Part shown: positions 42,315-55,445 of the stretch, piece after piece
Layout: each line of letters begins with the position of its first letter
Numbering within the stretch: the stretch's first letter is position 1
NCBI GenBank assembly: GCA_965227515.1
Contig: CBDDFZ010000001.1
Coordinates: forward strand, 2,464,001-2,528,000
Length of the DNA stretch: 64,000 nt
Direction: 5' to 3'
Origin: Alphaproteobacteria bacterium
Lineage (GTDB): Bacteria > Pseudomonadota > Alphaproteobacteria > CALKHQ01
The notes under the pieces: generated by a model
The model's input: only the letters and a program-made list of their open reading frames with translations
Databases searched by the model: none
What the model was told of the DNA's origin: nothing
Translations under genes and position numbers: made by a program

Positions 42315-42827
42315 TTAAGAAGCTGAAGCCGGCGGCAAATCCAATGCCTTCAACAACTTAAAAGCTTTCTCAAATCGTCCACCTTCAAGCTTAATGCCTT
42401 TACGCTGCTTTAGCTCCTTTTTCCAGTCCTCAACTTCTTCAACTTCGGATAGCCAATGCATCGTTGCAGCAAGTTCAAGGACCGTCGACGAGTTGTCCTC
42501 CAACTCCCTAACGGCCGACACTAACTTATCTTCCGATAGCAACCTGCTACCTTGAGCCACCGAAGCCTCAGATGGAGATTTATAGACTTCATAAGGCGCT
42601 CCATCGCTATGCCGATAGCGGACCTCCAAATTAAGTTCCCCCAGAGCGACATCAAACTCTACTTGATCGGCCAACTCCCTCGAAAACGGCCCATAATAGT
42701 GGTACGAGAAGGAAAAACCGCTATTCAGGCCAAGCTGATCTAACAGGTAAACGACCTTTTGAAGTCGGATCTTGCCAACCAATTCGCCTCCGTAGTCGCG
42801 AACAAAGTTCGAGATGTCGATGGGCAT
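42315..42827 (-). CDS. YwgA-like protein (Panacea/SocA-like motifs)
   Basis: GELVGKIRLQKVVYLL, YHYYGPFSREL, SSTVLELAATMHW resemble Bacillus YwgA (from memory); directly downstream of HD gene. Confidence 0.7.
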   Translation of the reverse strand: MPIDISNFVRDYGGELVGKIRLQKVVYLLDQLGLNSGFSFSYHYYGPFSRELADQVEFDVALGELNLEVRYRHSDGAPYEVYKSPSEASVAQGSRLLSEDKLVSAVRELEDNSSTVLELAATMHWLSEVEEVEDWKKELKQRKGIKLEGGRFEKAFKLLKALDLPPASAS

Positions 42828-42843
42828 GGCTTCACTCGCTCCT

Positions 42844-44250
42844 TCACATAGCGCTGATTGCGCGTTTCGCTTCTAAAAAGTCTGAATTATCCAAAAAATA
42901 AAATCTCTCAAAATACCTTACCTTCTCAGACCCGGTCAAGGTTGAATCATGAAATGCTGTGATCTCCCTCAGGTTGCCATCTGGCATCATTATCATGAGG
43001 CGTTTATGAGCCTTCTGGTCATCAGCACCAATTTCGCCATACAAAGACAATTTCGCGACATCATTTAAGACTACAGTGCCCATTTTGTCGGAAAATTTCC
43101 TTAGTAGGGCGCTTTTTATACGTCTTTGCTTCTCAAAATCATCTGGGAAGGTGTTTTGGATATCTATGCATTTTGGCTTTTCTCTATGGAGAATTCTTCG
43201 AGCTACATCACGAAGCGGTCCAGTCCCAAACATAGCTATGTCATGGATTGCCCCCCAGACAACTGTATCGTCCAATGCCCTATAATTACTGAGAGTCTCG
43301 CCACCAAGAGAAAAAAATTTAATCACCGGGTTTGTATTAGCTAAGCCTGATATGCAATTACCATCATTGATTTCATCAGAAACTAGGCGGAAAAATGCCG
43401 AAATCATCTGCTCGATGCCACGGGTGGTTTTGTGAAAATATACGTTTGTGTAGAGTCTATATCTGGACAATAAAAAGTCTTCTGCAGCGTCGCGTGCTTT
43501 GTGATACAGGCAGAAGCTATGGCCAATAATCTCACTATCGGTGTTGTCTGCTTCAGCAGGAGAAAAATCAATTGCGGCGACCCGGGCGTTATCCATCAAC
43601 CATTCTAAATCAATTGCACCGGATCCGGTGCCGGTCATATATCTGTCTCGGACAAGATAATCGAGTCGATCAGCGTCAAACGAGCTTGATACAATAGCGT
43701 GGTACATGTCTTCGGGCGTATCGTTCTCGAACAGATGAGCCACCTGATCGACATCGATATTTTCGGCAGTTAAAATAGAATGGATTTCCCCCTCGTTGTC
43801 TCTGATCATATCAGCAGTAAATTTTTCATGCGCGCGAATCGTATCGGATGCCCCACCTCTTTTCTTTGCAATGGATTTGCGCGCTTCTTCGAATGCATGG
43901 CTGAATGGTCCATGCCCTATATCATGCAGCAACGCTCCTAATACGCAAATTTTTGCACGTTCTTCGTCAAAGCTACCTTCGACACGTTCAGAGTCGATCT
44001 CTCGCTTGATAAGTTTGACGAGCCGCCGGGCGTTATGGAAAACACCCACTGAGTGTGCAAATCGCGTATGGCTGGCGGATGGGTAAACGAACTCGGAGAC
44101 GCCCAACTGCTTGATGCGTCGAAGACGCTGGAAGTCCGGAGTTTCGAGAAGCCTCCACGCGACTTTGTCAATGGGATCATCGAGTTCGAACACGATGATG
44201 TCGTGGATCGGATCACGCAATCGTTCTGTTTTTGTATGGCCAATGGTCAT
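42844..44250 (-). CDS. HD-domain dNTP triphosphohydrolase-like protein (SAMHD1/YwfO-like)
   Basis: RDPIH, FQRLRRIKQLG, YPSASHTRFAHSVG, LLHDIGHGPFSHAFE, DADRLDYLVRD, VYFHKTTR. Confidence 0.88.
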   Translation of the reverse strand: MTIGHTKTERLRDPIHDIIVFELDDPIDKVAWRLLETPDFQRLRRIKQLGVSEFVYPSASHTRFAHSVGVFHNARRLVKLIKREIDSERVEGSFDEERAKICVLGALLHDIGHGPFSHAFEEARKSIAKKRGGASDTIRAHEKFTADMIRDNEGEIHSILTAENIDVDQVAHLFENDTPEDMYHAIVSSSFDADRLDYLVRDRYMTGTGSGAIDLEWLMDNARVAAIDFSPAEADNTDSEIIGHSFCLYHKARDAAEDFLLSRYRLYTNVYFHKTTRGIEQMISAFFRLVSDEINDGNCISGLANTNPVIKFFSLGGETLSNYRALDDTVVWGAIHDIAMFGTGPLRDVARRILHREKPKCIDIQNTFPDDFEKQRRIKSALLRKFSDKMGTVVLNDVAKLSLYGEIGADDQKAHKRLMIMMPDGNLREITAFHDSTLTGSEKVRYFERFYFLDNSDFLEAKRAISAM

Positions 44251-44366
44251 GTGAACGTGCATAGAACAGATGATTGAGGATGTCAACCGAATCGCCAGCT
44301 AGATGGGCAACAGAGAATGCGCTACTTAGACGAAATGGTACTGTATGGCAAAGTATGGGACGAACC

Positions 44367-45824
44367 ATGGCGCTGATCCGAGGCACCACCGGCGATTGGG
44401 AACTGGTGATCGGGCTGGAAGTCCACGCCCAGGTCATGTCCGACGCCAAGCTGTTCTCAGGCGCGGCCACCGCGTTCGGCGCCGAGCCCAACCACCAGGT
44501 CAGCCTGGTCGACGCCGCCATGCCCGGCATGCTGCCGGTGATCAATGGCGCCTGCGTGCGCCAGGCGGTGCGCACCGGCCTCGGCCTGGGCGCCGAGATC
44601 AACCTGCGCTCCATCTTCGACCGCAAGAACTACTTCTACCCGGACCTGCCGCAGGGCTATCAGATCAGCCAGTACAAGGACCCGGTGGTCGGCCGCGGCG
44701 CGGTGGAGATCGACCTGGAGGATGGGTCGACCAAGACCATTCATATCGAGCGCCTGCACCTGGAGCAGGATGCCGGCAAATCGGTGCACGACCGCGACCC
44801 GCGCGTCACCTGCATCGACCTCAACCGCTCCGGCGTCGCGCTGATGGAGATCGTGTCGGAGCCGGACATGCGCTCGGCCGACGAGGCGGCGGCCTACGTC
44901 ACCAAGCTGCGCGCGATCATGCGCTATCTCGGCACCTGCGACGGCAACATGGAGGAGGGGTCGCTGCGCGCCGACGTCAACGTTTCGGTGCGGCGCGCCG
45001 GGGCCAACGAATACGGCACCCGTTGCGAGATCAAGAACGTCAACTCGATCCGTTTCATGCGCCAGGCCATCGCGTTCGAGGCGCACCGCCAGATCGAGAT
45101 CCTGGAGGATGGCGGCAGCATCGACCAGGAGACCCGGCTGTTCGACGCCAAGCGCGGCGAGACGCGGTCCATGCGCTCCAAGGAGGAGGCGCACGACTAT
45201 CGCTATTTCCCCGATCCCGACCTGTTGCCGCTGGAGCTCGACGCCGACTGGGTCGAGGAACTGCGCGCCGGCCTGCCCGAACTGCCCGACGCCAAGAAGC
45301 AGCGCTTCATGGCCGACTTCGGTCTCGGAGCCGAAGATGCCGCCGTGCTGGTGGCCGAGCGCGAGGCGGCCGAGTACTACGAGCGTGTCGTGGCCGTCGG
45401 CGGTGAGCCGAAGCTGGCGGCGAACTGGGTGGTCACCGAGCTGTTCGGCGCGCTGAACCGGGCCGGGCAGGGCATCGCGGACTCGCCCGTCTCGGCGGAG
45501 GATTTGGGCGGGCTGATCAAGCTGATCGCCGACGACACCATCTCCGGGCGCATCGCCAAGGACGTGTTCGCGGAGATGATGCAGACCGGCAAGCCCGCGA
45601 ACCAGATCGTCGAGGAAAAGGGCCTGCGCCAGATCACCGACACCGGCGCGATCGAGACCGCCATCGACGAGCTGATCGCCGCCAACCCGGACCAGGTGGC
45701 CGGCTACCGCGGCGGCAACCAGAAGCTGATCGGCTGGTTCGTCGGCCAGGTGATGAAGGCGACCCAGGGCAAGGCCAACCCGAAACTGGTCAACCAGGTG
45801 CTGCGGGCCAAGCTCGATGGCTGA
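44367..45824 (+). CDS. gatB: Asp/Glu-tRNA amidotransferase subunit B
   Basis: [58 protein letters not shown]. Confidence 0.97.
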   Translation: MALIRGTTGDWELVIGLEVHAQVMSDAKLFSGAATAFGAEPNHQVSLVDAAMPGMLPVINGACVRQAVRTGLGLGAEINLRSIFDRKNYFYPDLPQGYQISQYKDPVVGRGAVEIDLEDGSTKTIHIERLHLEQDAGKSVHDRDPRVTCIDLNRSGVALMEIVSEPDMRSADEAAAYVTKLRAIMRYLGTCDGNMEEGSLRADVNVSVRRAGANEYGTRCEIKNVNSIRFMRQAIAFEAHRQIEILEDGGSIDQETRLFDAKRGETRSMRSKEEAHDYRYFPDPDLLPLELDADWVEELRAGLPELPDAKKQRFMADFGLGAEDAAVLVAEREAAEYYERVVAVGGEPKLAANWVVTELFGALNRAGQGIADSPVSAEDLGGLIKLIADDTISGRIAKDVFAEMMQTGKPANQIVEEKGLRQITDTGAIETAIDELIAANPDQVAGYRGGNQKLIGWFVGQVMKATQGKANPKLVNQVLRAKLDG

Positions 45825-46470
45825 CGGCGTGACCGAGAACCGGCCCATCGTCGACGACCCGGACGGCCCCGGCGCGTTCTGGGACGCCAAGTACCAGGAC
45901 GACGCCTACTTCTACGGCACCGAGCCGAACGCGTGGCTGACCCGCCAGCGCCATCGGCTGCCCGACGGCGGGCAGGTGCTTTCGGTGGCTGACGGCGAGG
46001 GTCGCAACGGCGTGTGGCTGGCCGGACAGGGCATGAAAGTGACGTCGGTCGATGCGTCCGGCCGCGCCCAGGCGAAGGCGAGCGCGCTGGCGCTGAAGCG
46101 CGGCGTGGCGCTAACCCAGGTCACCGCCGACCTCACCACCTGGGACTGGCCGACCGGCAAGTTCGACGCGGTGGTGGCTATTTTCGCCCATTTCCGGCGC
46201 GACCAGCGGCCGTCGATCCACCGCAACATGCTGGCCGCCTGCAAGCCCGGCGGTCTGGTGCTGCTGGAGGCGTTCTCGCCCTACCAGCGCATCTACGGCA
46301 CCGGTGGGCCGAAGGACATCGACATGCTCTACACCGCCCAGCGCCTGCGCGAGGATTTCGCCGACGCGGAAATCCTGGAGGTGGCGGAGGTGGAAGTCGA
46401 ACTCGACGAGGGCCCGGGCCACCGCGGCCCGTCGGCGGTGGCGCACATCGTGGCGCGTCGGCGGCCCTAG
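45817..46470 (+). CDS. Class I SAM-dependent methyltransferase
   Basis: [36 protein letters not shown]. Confidence 0.87.
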   Translation: MADGVTENRPIVDDPDGPGAFWDAKYQDDAYFYGTEPNAWLTRQRHRLPDGGQVLSVADGEGRNGVWLAGQGMKVTSVDASGRAQAKASALALKRGVALTQVTADLTTWDWPTGKFDAVVAIFAHFRRDQRPSIHRNMLAACKPGGLVLLEAFSPYQRIYGTGGPKDIDMLYTAQRLREDFADAEILEVAEVEVELDEGPGHRGPSAVAHIVARRRP

Positions 46471-46517
46471 AGCTGACGGTGGCCATAGCAGACCAAGTCG
46501 GCAGCACAACACAACCT

Positions 46518-46643
46518 GTCATGGTCGGGCTTGGTGAGCCCGCCCTTGGGCCGGCCTCCGGCCGGTCCCGAGGGACCATCCACGAGCTGGCCGCTCAAGC
46601 GGCCAACAAGACGTGGATGCCCGCAACAAGTGCGGGCATGACG
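46518..46643. repeat. Palindromic repeat family B, copy 1 (extra nested hairpin)
   Basis: GTCATGGTCGGGCTTG...GACCATCCACG...CGTGGATGCCCGCAACAAGTGCGGGCATGAC. Confidence 0.85.
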
Positions 46644-46678
46644 AATATGGTTTGGGCAATTGTGTATGGTTCGGCGCC

Positions 46679-47371
46679 ATGATCATCCCGCTCTATGACG
46701 GCAATCCGCGCCACCGCATCCCGTTCCAGTGGGTCACGGTGCTGCTGATCGGCGTCTGCGGCGTGGCGTTCCTCTACCAGCTCACTCTCTCAAGCGACGG
46801 CGAGGGCCTGCTCTATTGCCGCCTCGGCATGATCCCGGCCGACCTGTTCAACGTCTACGAATTGCCGGCGATGTGCGAGGTCGTGCCGGACTACGTGACG
46901 CTGCTGACGTCGGCGTTCCTGCATGCCGACTGGTGGCACCTGCTTGGCAACATGCTGTTCCTGTGGGTGTTCGGCGACAATGTCGAAGACGCCATGGGCC
47001 ATGTCCCGTTCATCGTCTTCTACGTCGTGTGCGCCGGCCTGTCGGCGCTGGCCCACGGCCTGATCGACACGGACTCGCTGTCGCCGCTGATCGGCGCCAG
47101 CGGCGCGATCTCCGGCGTCATGGGCGCCTATCTGATGCTGCACCCGCGCAAGGGCGTTTGGGTGCTGATCCTGATGCGGGTGCCGTTCAAGCTGCCGGCG
47201 TGGATCGCGCTAGGTGCCTGGTTCGGCTACCAGATCTTCAACGCCGTGTTCCTGGCAACCGACTACGACGCGACCGCCTGGGTCGCGCACATCGCCGGCT
47301 TCGTCGCCGGCGCGGCCCTCATCATCCCGATGCGCCACAAGTCGGTGCCGTTGTTCGACGGCAAGCGTTAG
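46679..47371 (+). CDS. Rhomboid family intramembrane serine protease
   Basis: SAFLH...HLLGNMLFLWVFGDNVED, GASGAISGV, AHIAGF. Confidence 0.92.
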   Translation: MIIPLYDGNPRHRIPFQWVTVLLIGVCGVAFLYQLTLSSDGEGLLYCRLGMIPADLFNVYELPAMCEVVPDYVTLLTSAFLHADWWHLLGNMLFLWVFGDNVEDAMGHVPFIVFYVVCAGLSALAHGLIDTDSLSPLIGASGAISGVMGAYLMLHPRKGVWVLILMRVPFKLPAWIALGAWFGYQIFNAVFLATDYDATAWVAHIAGFVAGAALIIPMRHKSVPLFDGKR

Positions 47372-47394
47372 TTGGGCGAACGCGGCGCTGGGCG

Positions 47395-47790
47395 CTACTC
47401 GCAGAGAACGAATGAGCCGTGGCGGCTCTGCCACGCCTCCAGTTCGGCCGCGTCGGTCTGGCCGCCGATCCGGTAGTCGATGATCTCCAGCTTGCCGCCG
47501 GCGGGCAGCAACTCGATCACGTGGCCGGCCGGCTCCATCATCTCGGCGACGATGGTGCCACTGGCGGAGATCTCGTACTTGGCGACGGTCTGCGGGTCGC
47601 GGCCGTTGCCTGCCTGGATCTGCACCATGAAGTCGTCGGTCACGATGATGTATTCGCCGTCGGCGCCGCACCCGAGACGGCCCGCGGTGTCGCCGTAGCT
47701 GCCGGCCAGGGCCGATGGCTCCAGTGCCTGGGCGGCCGCGATGGGCAGGGCGAAACAGGCAAGGGCGATCAGGCTGGTGGTCAGGCGCAT
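47395..47790 (-). CDS. Hypothetical secreted protein
   Basis: Signal peptide ending AAAQA; plausible composition. Confidence 0.6.
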   Translation of the reverse strand: MRLTTSLIALACFALPIAAAQALEPSALAGSYGDTAGRLGCGADGEYIIVTDDFMVQIQAGNGRDPQTVAKYEISASGTIVAEMMEPAGHVIELLPAGGKLEIIDYRIGGQTDAAELEAWQSRHGSFVLCE

Positions 47791-47898
47791 GTCATGGCTC
47801 CGGAACATATTTCTTGAATTCGGATCGGCGTCGATATCGCGGCAATATGGCGATTTGCCGGCATGGCCGTGCGCGCGGTCACACCTTGGTCTGTCGCA

Positions 47899-51273
<3,375 letters not shown>

Positions 51274-51334
51274 CGGGCCTCGCAGGCCATGACAAAACTC
51301 CATTGTCGTCCTTGACTGGCTCCTACAACTTCAT

Positions 51335-51426
51335 CGTCATGGTCGGGCTTGACCCGACCATCCACGAGGATGGCCGCTCAAGCGGCCAATAAGACGTGGA
51401 TGCCCGCAACAAGTGCGGGCATGACG
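51335..51426. repeat. Palindromic repeat family B, copy 2
   Basis: cgtcatggtcgggcttgacccgaccatccacg...cgtggatgcccgcaacaagtgcgggcatgacg between imuB and dnaE2. Confidence 0.85.
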
Positions 51427-51445
51427 GGGTTGGTGAAGTCGTGCC

Positions 51446-53209
51446 TCACCCGAACACCCCATGCACGAACCAGCGCGATGTAGGCGCGGTGGGCGAGGGG
51501 GCGCGGTAGAGCCAGAACCGGCGGCCGTCGACAACCTCGACGCAGTAGTAGTCGCGGGTGTCTTTTTGCGCCTCGCCTAAGTCGGTACCGGCCCACACCC
51601 CCTCCCGGCCGCCCAGATACGATACTGCCGTTGGGTGGCCGGGAGGGGGTGTGGGCCGGTGCCGATTAAAATCATCCAATGCCCGCCACCATTCCGGGGC
51701 CAGCCGTTCCGGGCCCTGGGCGCGGGCGACATCAAGCGTCTGCCGGCGCCAGCGGAAGCGGGTCGGCGGTGACGCGGGGTCGGCGGCGATGGCGTCCACC
51801 GGCTCCGGGCGCGGCAGCAGACGCGGCGGCCGCGGTGCCTGCTCCGGGTCGGCGGCGGGCCAGGTGCGCGCGGTCGCCGCGGTCGCTGCCGGCACCGCCG
51901 TCCACGCCCGTTCCGGCCAATGGCTCTCCTGCACCGCCAGGCGGTAGACGTTCTTGCGCCCCAGCCGGTTGAGCAGGCGGTCGAGCAGGGCGTCGCGCGC
52001 CGGCAGGTCGGGCGCGCCCGCTGCCTTCTCGCCGCCGGCGACCGCCAGCCCGGCCTGGGGGGTGGCGAACGCCTGGGTCGCGGTCGCGGTCAGCCGCACG
52101 ATCTCGATGCCGAAACCGGGGTCGATCAGCCCCAGCCGGTCGCCGAACAGCCGGGCCAGATGGGTGCGGTCGCGTGCCGGGCGTCCGGTGCCGACGCGCA
52201 CGTGCGCCACGTCACCGTCGACCCGGTAGCAGGCGAAATCGAGCCGGCGCGCGCCCTGGCCGGCGTCGGTGAGCTGGCGCTGCAGGTCGTCGAGCAGCAG
52301 GTCGAGGGCGGCGGCGATGTCCTCGGGCCGGCCGATCGGTTCTGCGAACTGGCGGCAGGCAGTGTAAACCTCGGCCGGCTGGCGCGGCGAGATCGGCTCG
52401 GCAACCGCGCCCAATGCCTCGTCGAGCCGGTGCAGCAGGCGCGTGGCGAAGCGCTGGGTGACCGCGCCGCGCGGCAGGTCGTAGAGATCGCCGATCCGGC
52501 GCAGGCCGAGCCGGCCGAGATCGGATGCGATGTCGGCCGGCAGCCGCAGGGCGGCGATCGGCAATGGCGCCAGAGCCTGCCGCTGTTCGCCCGGCGACAC
52601 CACTTGGTCCTGGTCCGGCGCGGCGAAGCGCGCGATGGCCCAGGCCGCGCCCGGGGTGTCGGCGATGGCGGCACGGGCGGTGAAGCCGCCGGCCTCCAGC
52701 CGCGCCAGCAAGTCGTCGCGCAATCCTGCCTCGCCGCCGAACAGGTGGGCGCAGCCCTGGATGTCGAGCCACAGTCCGGCACCGCCGCCGAACTCCGCCC
52801 CGCCGTCCGCCACCCAGGGCGAATAGCGCCCGCACCAGTCGGCCAGCCGGCTGCGGGCATGGGCCTCCGCCGCCGGATCGGCATCCAGCAGCGTCAGGTT
52901 GGGAGCGATGGCGCGGGCGTCGGTGACCGCCATGCCGGGGGCAAGCCCGGCCTCCACCGCCTGGCCATCGGCGGCGTGCAGCGCCCGCCGGCCCCGCACC
53001 TCCATGACTAGGCCCAGCGGTGCCAGGGGAGATGGGGCCAGGGAAGACGGCGCGCGCTCAGCCGGTGCGCCGTGCGCGACCTGGCGGCGCCGTACCAGAT
53101 CGGTCGCAAACCGCGGCAGCCACAGCGACACGATTCGTCGTGACGTTGGGCGTGACGTTGGCCGTGACGTTGGGCGCGATGTCCCGCGAGACGGCTGCTG
53201 TTCCGTCAT
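51446..53209 (-). CDS. imuB: Y-family polymerase-like protein ImuB
   Basis: [50 protein letters not shown]. Confidence 0.92.
   Translation of the reverse strand: MTEQQPSRGTSRPTSRPTSRPTSRRIVSLWLPRFATDLVRRRQVAHGAPAERAPSSLAPSPLAPLGLVMEVRGRRALHAADGQAVEAGLAPGMAVTDARAIAPNLTLLDADPAAEAHARSRLADWCGRYSPWVADGGAEFGGGAGLWLDIQGCAHLFGGEAGLRDDLLARLEAGGFTARAAIADTPGAAWAIARFAAPDQDQVVSPGEQRQALAPLPIAALRLPADIASDLGRLGLRRIGDLYDLPRGAVTQRFATRLLHRLDEALGAVAEPISPRQPAEVYTACRQFAEPIGRPEDIAAALDLLLDDLQRQLTDAGQGARRLDFACYRVDGDVAHVRVGTGRPARDRTHLARLFGDRLGLIDPGFGIEIVRLTATATQAFATPQAGLAVAGGEKAAGAPDLPARDALLDRLLNRLGRKNVYRLAVQESHWPERAWTAVPAATAATARTWPAADPEQAPRPPRLLPRPEPVDAIAADPASPPTRFRWRRQTLDVARAQGPERLAPEWWRALDDFNRHRPTPPPGHPTAVSYLGGREGVWAGTDLGEAQKDTRDYYCVEVVDGRRFWLYRAPSPTAPTSRWFVHGVFG
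51579..51667. repeat. Palindromic repeat family A, copy 3, in frame within imuB
   Basis: Stem aagtcggtaccggcccacaccccctcccggccgccca / tgggtggccgggagggggtgtgggccggtgccgatt; loop GATACT. Confidence 0.85.
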
Positions 53210-53981
53210 CACCCGATCCTCCGATGTTGCCCCCGATATCAACAGAGACATCCCACTCTCCCGTCACGCCCGCGCGGCTGCGCACCAGGGCCAGGCGCCA
53301 ATGGGCGCGCCGCCCGATCTCGTTGTGCCGGTCTTCGCTTTCCCCGGGCGGTGGCCGGCTGGTCACGAACCAGCGGGTAGCCGCGGCGCTGGCGCCCATC
53401 GCCTGGGCGGCCGCCGGATCGCGCCGGCCGGGCGGCGGCGCACGCAGCAGGATGCCGAGCGCGCCATGGGTGGCGGCGGCCAGGTGCAGGCGCCGGCTGG
53501 CGGTCAGGCCTACTGCCTCGCCGGCCAGGAAGGTGGCGGCGACCATGCCGATGCCGGGGCAGCGCAGCCCCTCCTCCATCGCCCACAGCCGGTCGATGCG
53601 GTCGCCGGCCTGTGCCATCACCATGAGGTCGGGATCGAGCCCGTGGCACGCTAGGCCGGGGCCATAGAGCGCGCGGTCCGGCGCGCACCACAGCAGCGAG
53701 GCGGGCGGCGGGGTGCCGCAAGCGGCCAGCAACCGGCCGATCAGCCAGAGCACGAAGCCGGTGCCGGCGCCCAGCACCTCGCCCACCACTTCGTGCAGCG
53801 CGCCGCGGGCGAGCCCGCCGCCGGGCAGCCGGGCGTCGATCGCGTCCAGGCCCAATGGAATGCGGGCCGGTGCACCGCGTGCGCCATGGTCTGCGCTGTC
53901 ATACCCACTGGCATATCCAGCACCGCGCTCGAGCCGGGCGATGGCGCTCTTCAGGTCGGCTAGGGGTGTCGGCTGGGTCAT
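53058..53981 (-). CDS. imuA: ImuA (RecA/SulA-like mutagenesis protein)
   Basis: [24 protein letters not shown]...[30 protein letters not shown]. Confidence 0.9.
   Translation of the reverse strand: MTQPTPLADLKSAIARLERGAGYASGYDSADHGARGAPARIPLGLDAIDARLPGGGLARGALHEVVGEVLGAGTGFVLWLIGRLLAACGTPPPASLLWCAPDRALYGPGLACHGLDPDLMVMAQAGDRIDRLWAMEEGLRCPGIGMVAATFLAGEAVGLTASRRLHLAAATHGALGILLRAPPPGRRDPAAAQAMGASAAATRWFVTSRPPPGESEDRHNEIGRRAHWRLALVRSRAGVTGEWDVSVDIGGNIGGSGDDGTAAVSRDIAPNVTANVTPNVTTNRVAVAAAVCDRSGTAPPGRARRTG
53139..53174. repeat. 12-bp tandem repeat x3 in imuA/imuB overlap
   Basis: cgtgacgttggg cgtgacgttggc cgtgacgttggg. Confidence 0.85.
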
Positions 53982-54024
53982 GGTCCGATGCTGGGGTCCG
54001 GTGCTGGGATCCGATGCGCGGCAT

Positions 54025-54154
54025 GTTCGAATGTTCACAAATGTTCTATCTAAATGGCCCCCGTTCGTCAATCATATGTTCTCTCTTTTTCGCGAACTTC
54101 GCCCTTGCCGCGCCACAATTCTCGGGGCAATTTGCGGCGCGAACAAACAAGAAC
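54025..54154. promoter_or_regulatory. LexA (SOS)-box-like direct repeats upstream of imuA
   Basis: GTTCacaaatGTTC (54033-54046), GTTCtctcttTTTC (54078-54091), GAACaaacaaGAAC (54141-54154); spacer N6. Confidence 0.6.
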
Positions 54155-54219
54155 ATCGCGCCGGGACATGGGCGGTCCGCAGGCGCGCAACGGGGATGAG
54201 CGGGGATGAGCCAGGCCGC

Positions 54220-55356
54220 ATGAAGATTGACGGCACGCACCACCGCACGATCTGGGTGAACGCGGACGGCTGGTCGGTCGAGATCATCGACCAGACCAGG
54301 CTGCCCCATGCCTTCGTCACCACGACCCTGCGCTCGATGGACGAGGCGGCGCGCGCTATCGCCGACATGCTGGTGCGCGGCGCGCCCCTGATCGGCGCCA
54401 CCGCCGCCTATGGCATGTGCCTCGCCGTGCGCGACGACCCTGGCGACGACGCCATCGACCGCGCCTACGACACGCTGCTGGCGACTCGCCCGACCGCGAT
54501 CAACCTGCGCTGGGCGCTGGACGAGATGCGCCGCACCCTGGCCAACGTGCCCCACCGCGACCGGGCCGACACCGCCTATCGCCGCGCGGCGGAGATCTGC
54601 GACGAGGACGTAGCGATCAACGCGTCCATCGGCGATCACGGCCTGGGCCTGATCCGCGACCTCGCCGCCGCGAAGACGACGCCCGGCGACCCGGTGAACA
54701 TTCTGACCCACTGCAATGCCGGCTGGCTCGCCACTGTCGACTGGGGCACAGCGACCGCGCCGATCTACAAGGCGCACGACGCCGGCATCGCGGTGCATGT
54801 GTGGGTCGACGAGACCCGGCCGCGCAACCAGGGGGCGGCGCTGACTGCGTTCGAGCTCGGCCACCACGGCGTGCCGCACACGGTGATCGCCGACAATGCC
54901 GGCGGCCACCTGATGCAGCACGGCATGGTCGATATGTGCATCGTCGGCACCGACCGCACCACCCGCGCGGGCGATGTCTGCAACAAGATCGGCACCTACC
55001 TGAAGGCGCTGGCCGCCCACGACAACGGGGTGCCGTTCTATGTCGCGCTGCCGTCGCCGACCATCGACTGGACCATCCGCGACGGTGTGGCCGAGGTGCC
55101 CATCGAACAGCGTGCCGGCACCGAGCTGTCCGACGTGACAGGGCGCACCGCGGATGGCCGCATCGAAACGGTGCGGATCACGCCGGAAGGCAGCCCTTCG
55201 GGCAACTACGCCTTTGACGTCACGCCGGCGCGGCTGGTCAGCGGCCTGGTTACCGAGCGCGGCGTGTGCGCGGCCAGTGAGCCTGCAATCTCGGCGCTTT
55301 TCCCAGAGTCGGCGCTTTTGCAAGAGTCGGCGCTTTTCCCAGGGGCGGCATCGTGA
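54220..55356 (+). CDS. mtnA: Methylthioribose-1-phosphate isomerase
   Basis: [57 protein letters not shown]. Confidence 0.95.
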   Translation: MKIDGTHHRTIWVNADGWSVEIIDQTRLPHAFVTTTLRSMDEAARAIADMLVRGAPLIGATAAYGMCLAVRDDPGDDAIDRAYDTLLATRPTAINLRWALDEMRRTLANVPHRDRADTAYRRAAEICDEDVAINASIGDHGLGLIRDLAAAKTTPGDPVNILTHCNAGWLATVDWGTATAPIYKAHDAGIAVHVWVDETRPRNQGAALTAFELGHHGVPHTVIADNAGGHLMQHGMVDMCIVGTDRTTRAGDVCNKIGTYLKALAAHDNGVPFYVALPSPTIDWTIRDGVAEVPIEQRAGTELSDVTGRTADGRIETVRITPEGSPSGNYAFDVTPARLVSGLVTERGVCAASEPAISALFPESALLQESALFPGAAS

Positions 55357-55445
55357 TATGCGACCGCGCGGCGTCGGTGCGACGGGTTGCCGAATCCGGC
55401 CGCGTCAGGCATGACATTGAAAAAAACACATGGAAGCGCAAGCAC

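Larger units (their letters stand above)
42293..44383. mobile_element. AT-richer two-gene islet bracketed by imperfect 17-bp direct repeat
   Basis: ATGGCGCTGATTTGAGG (42293-42309) vs ATGGCGCTGATCCGAGG (44367-44383); abrupt composition shift; no integrase inside. Confidence 0.75.

Noticed and set aside
42294-44366. Islet as a prophage or integron remnant
   Set aside because: No integrase, phage genes or attC-like structure visible; only the short direct repeat and composition shift are supported
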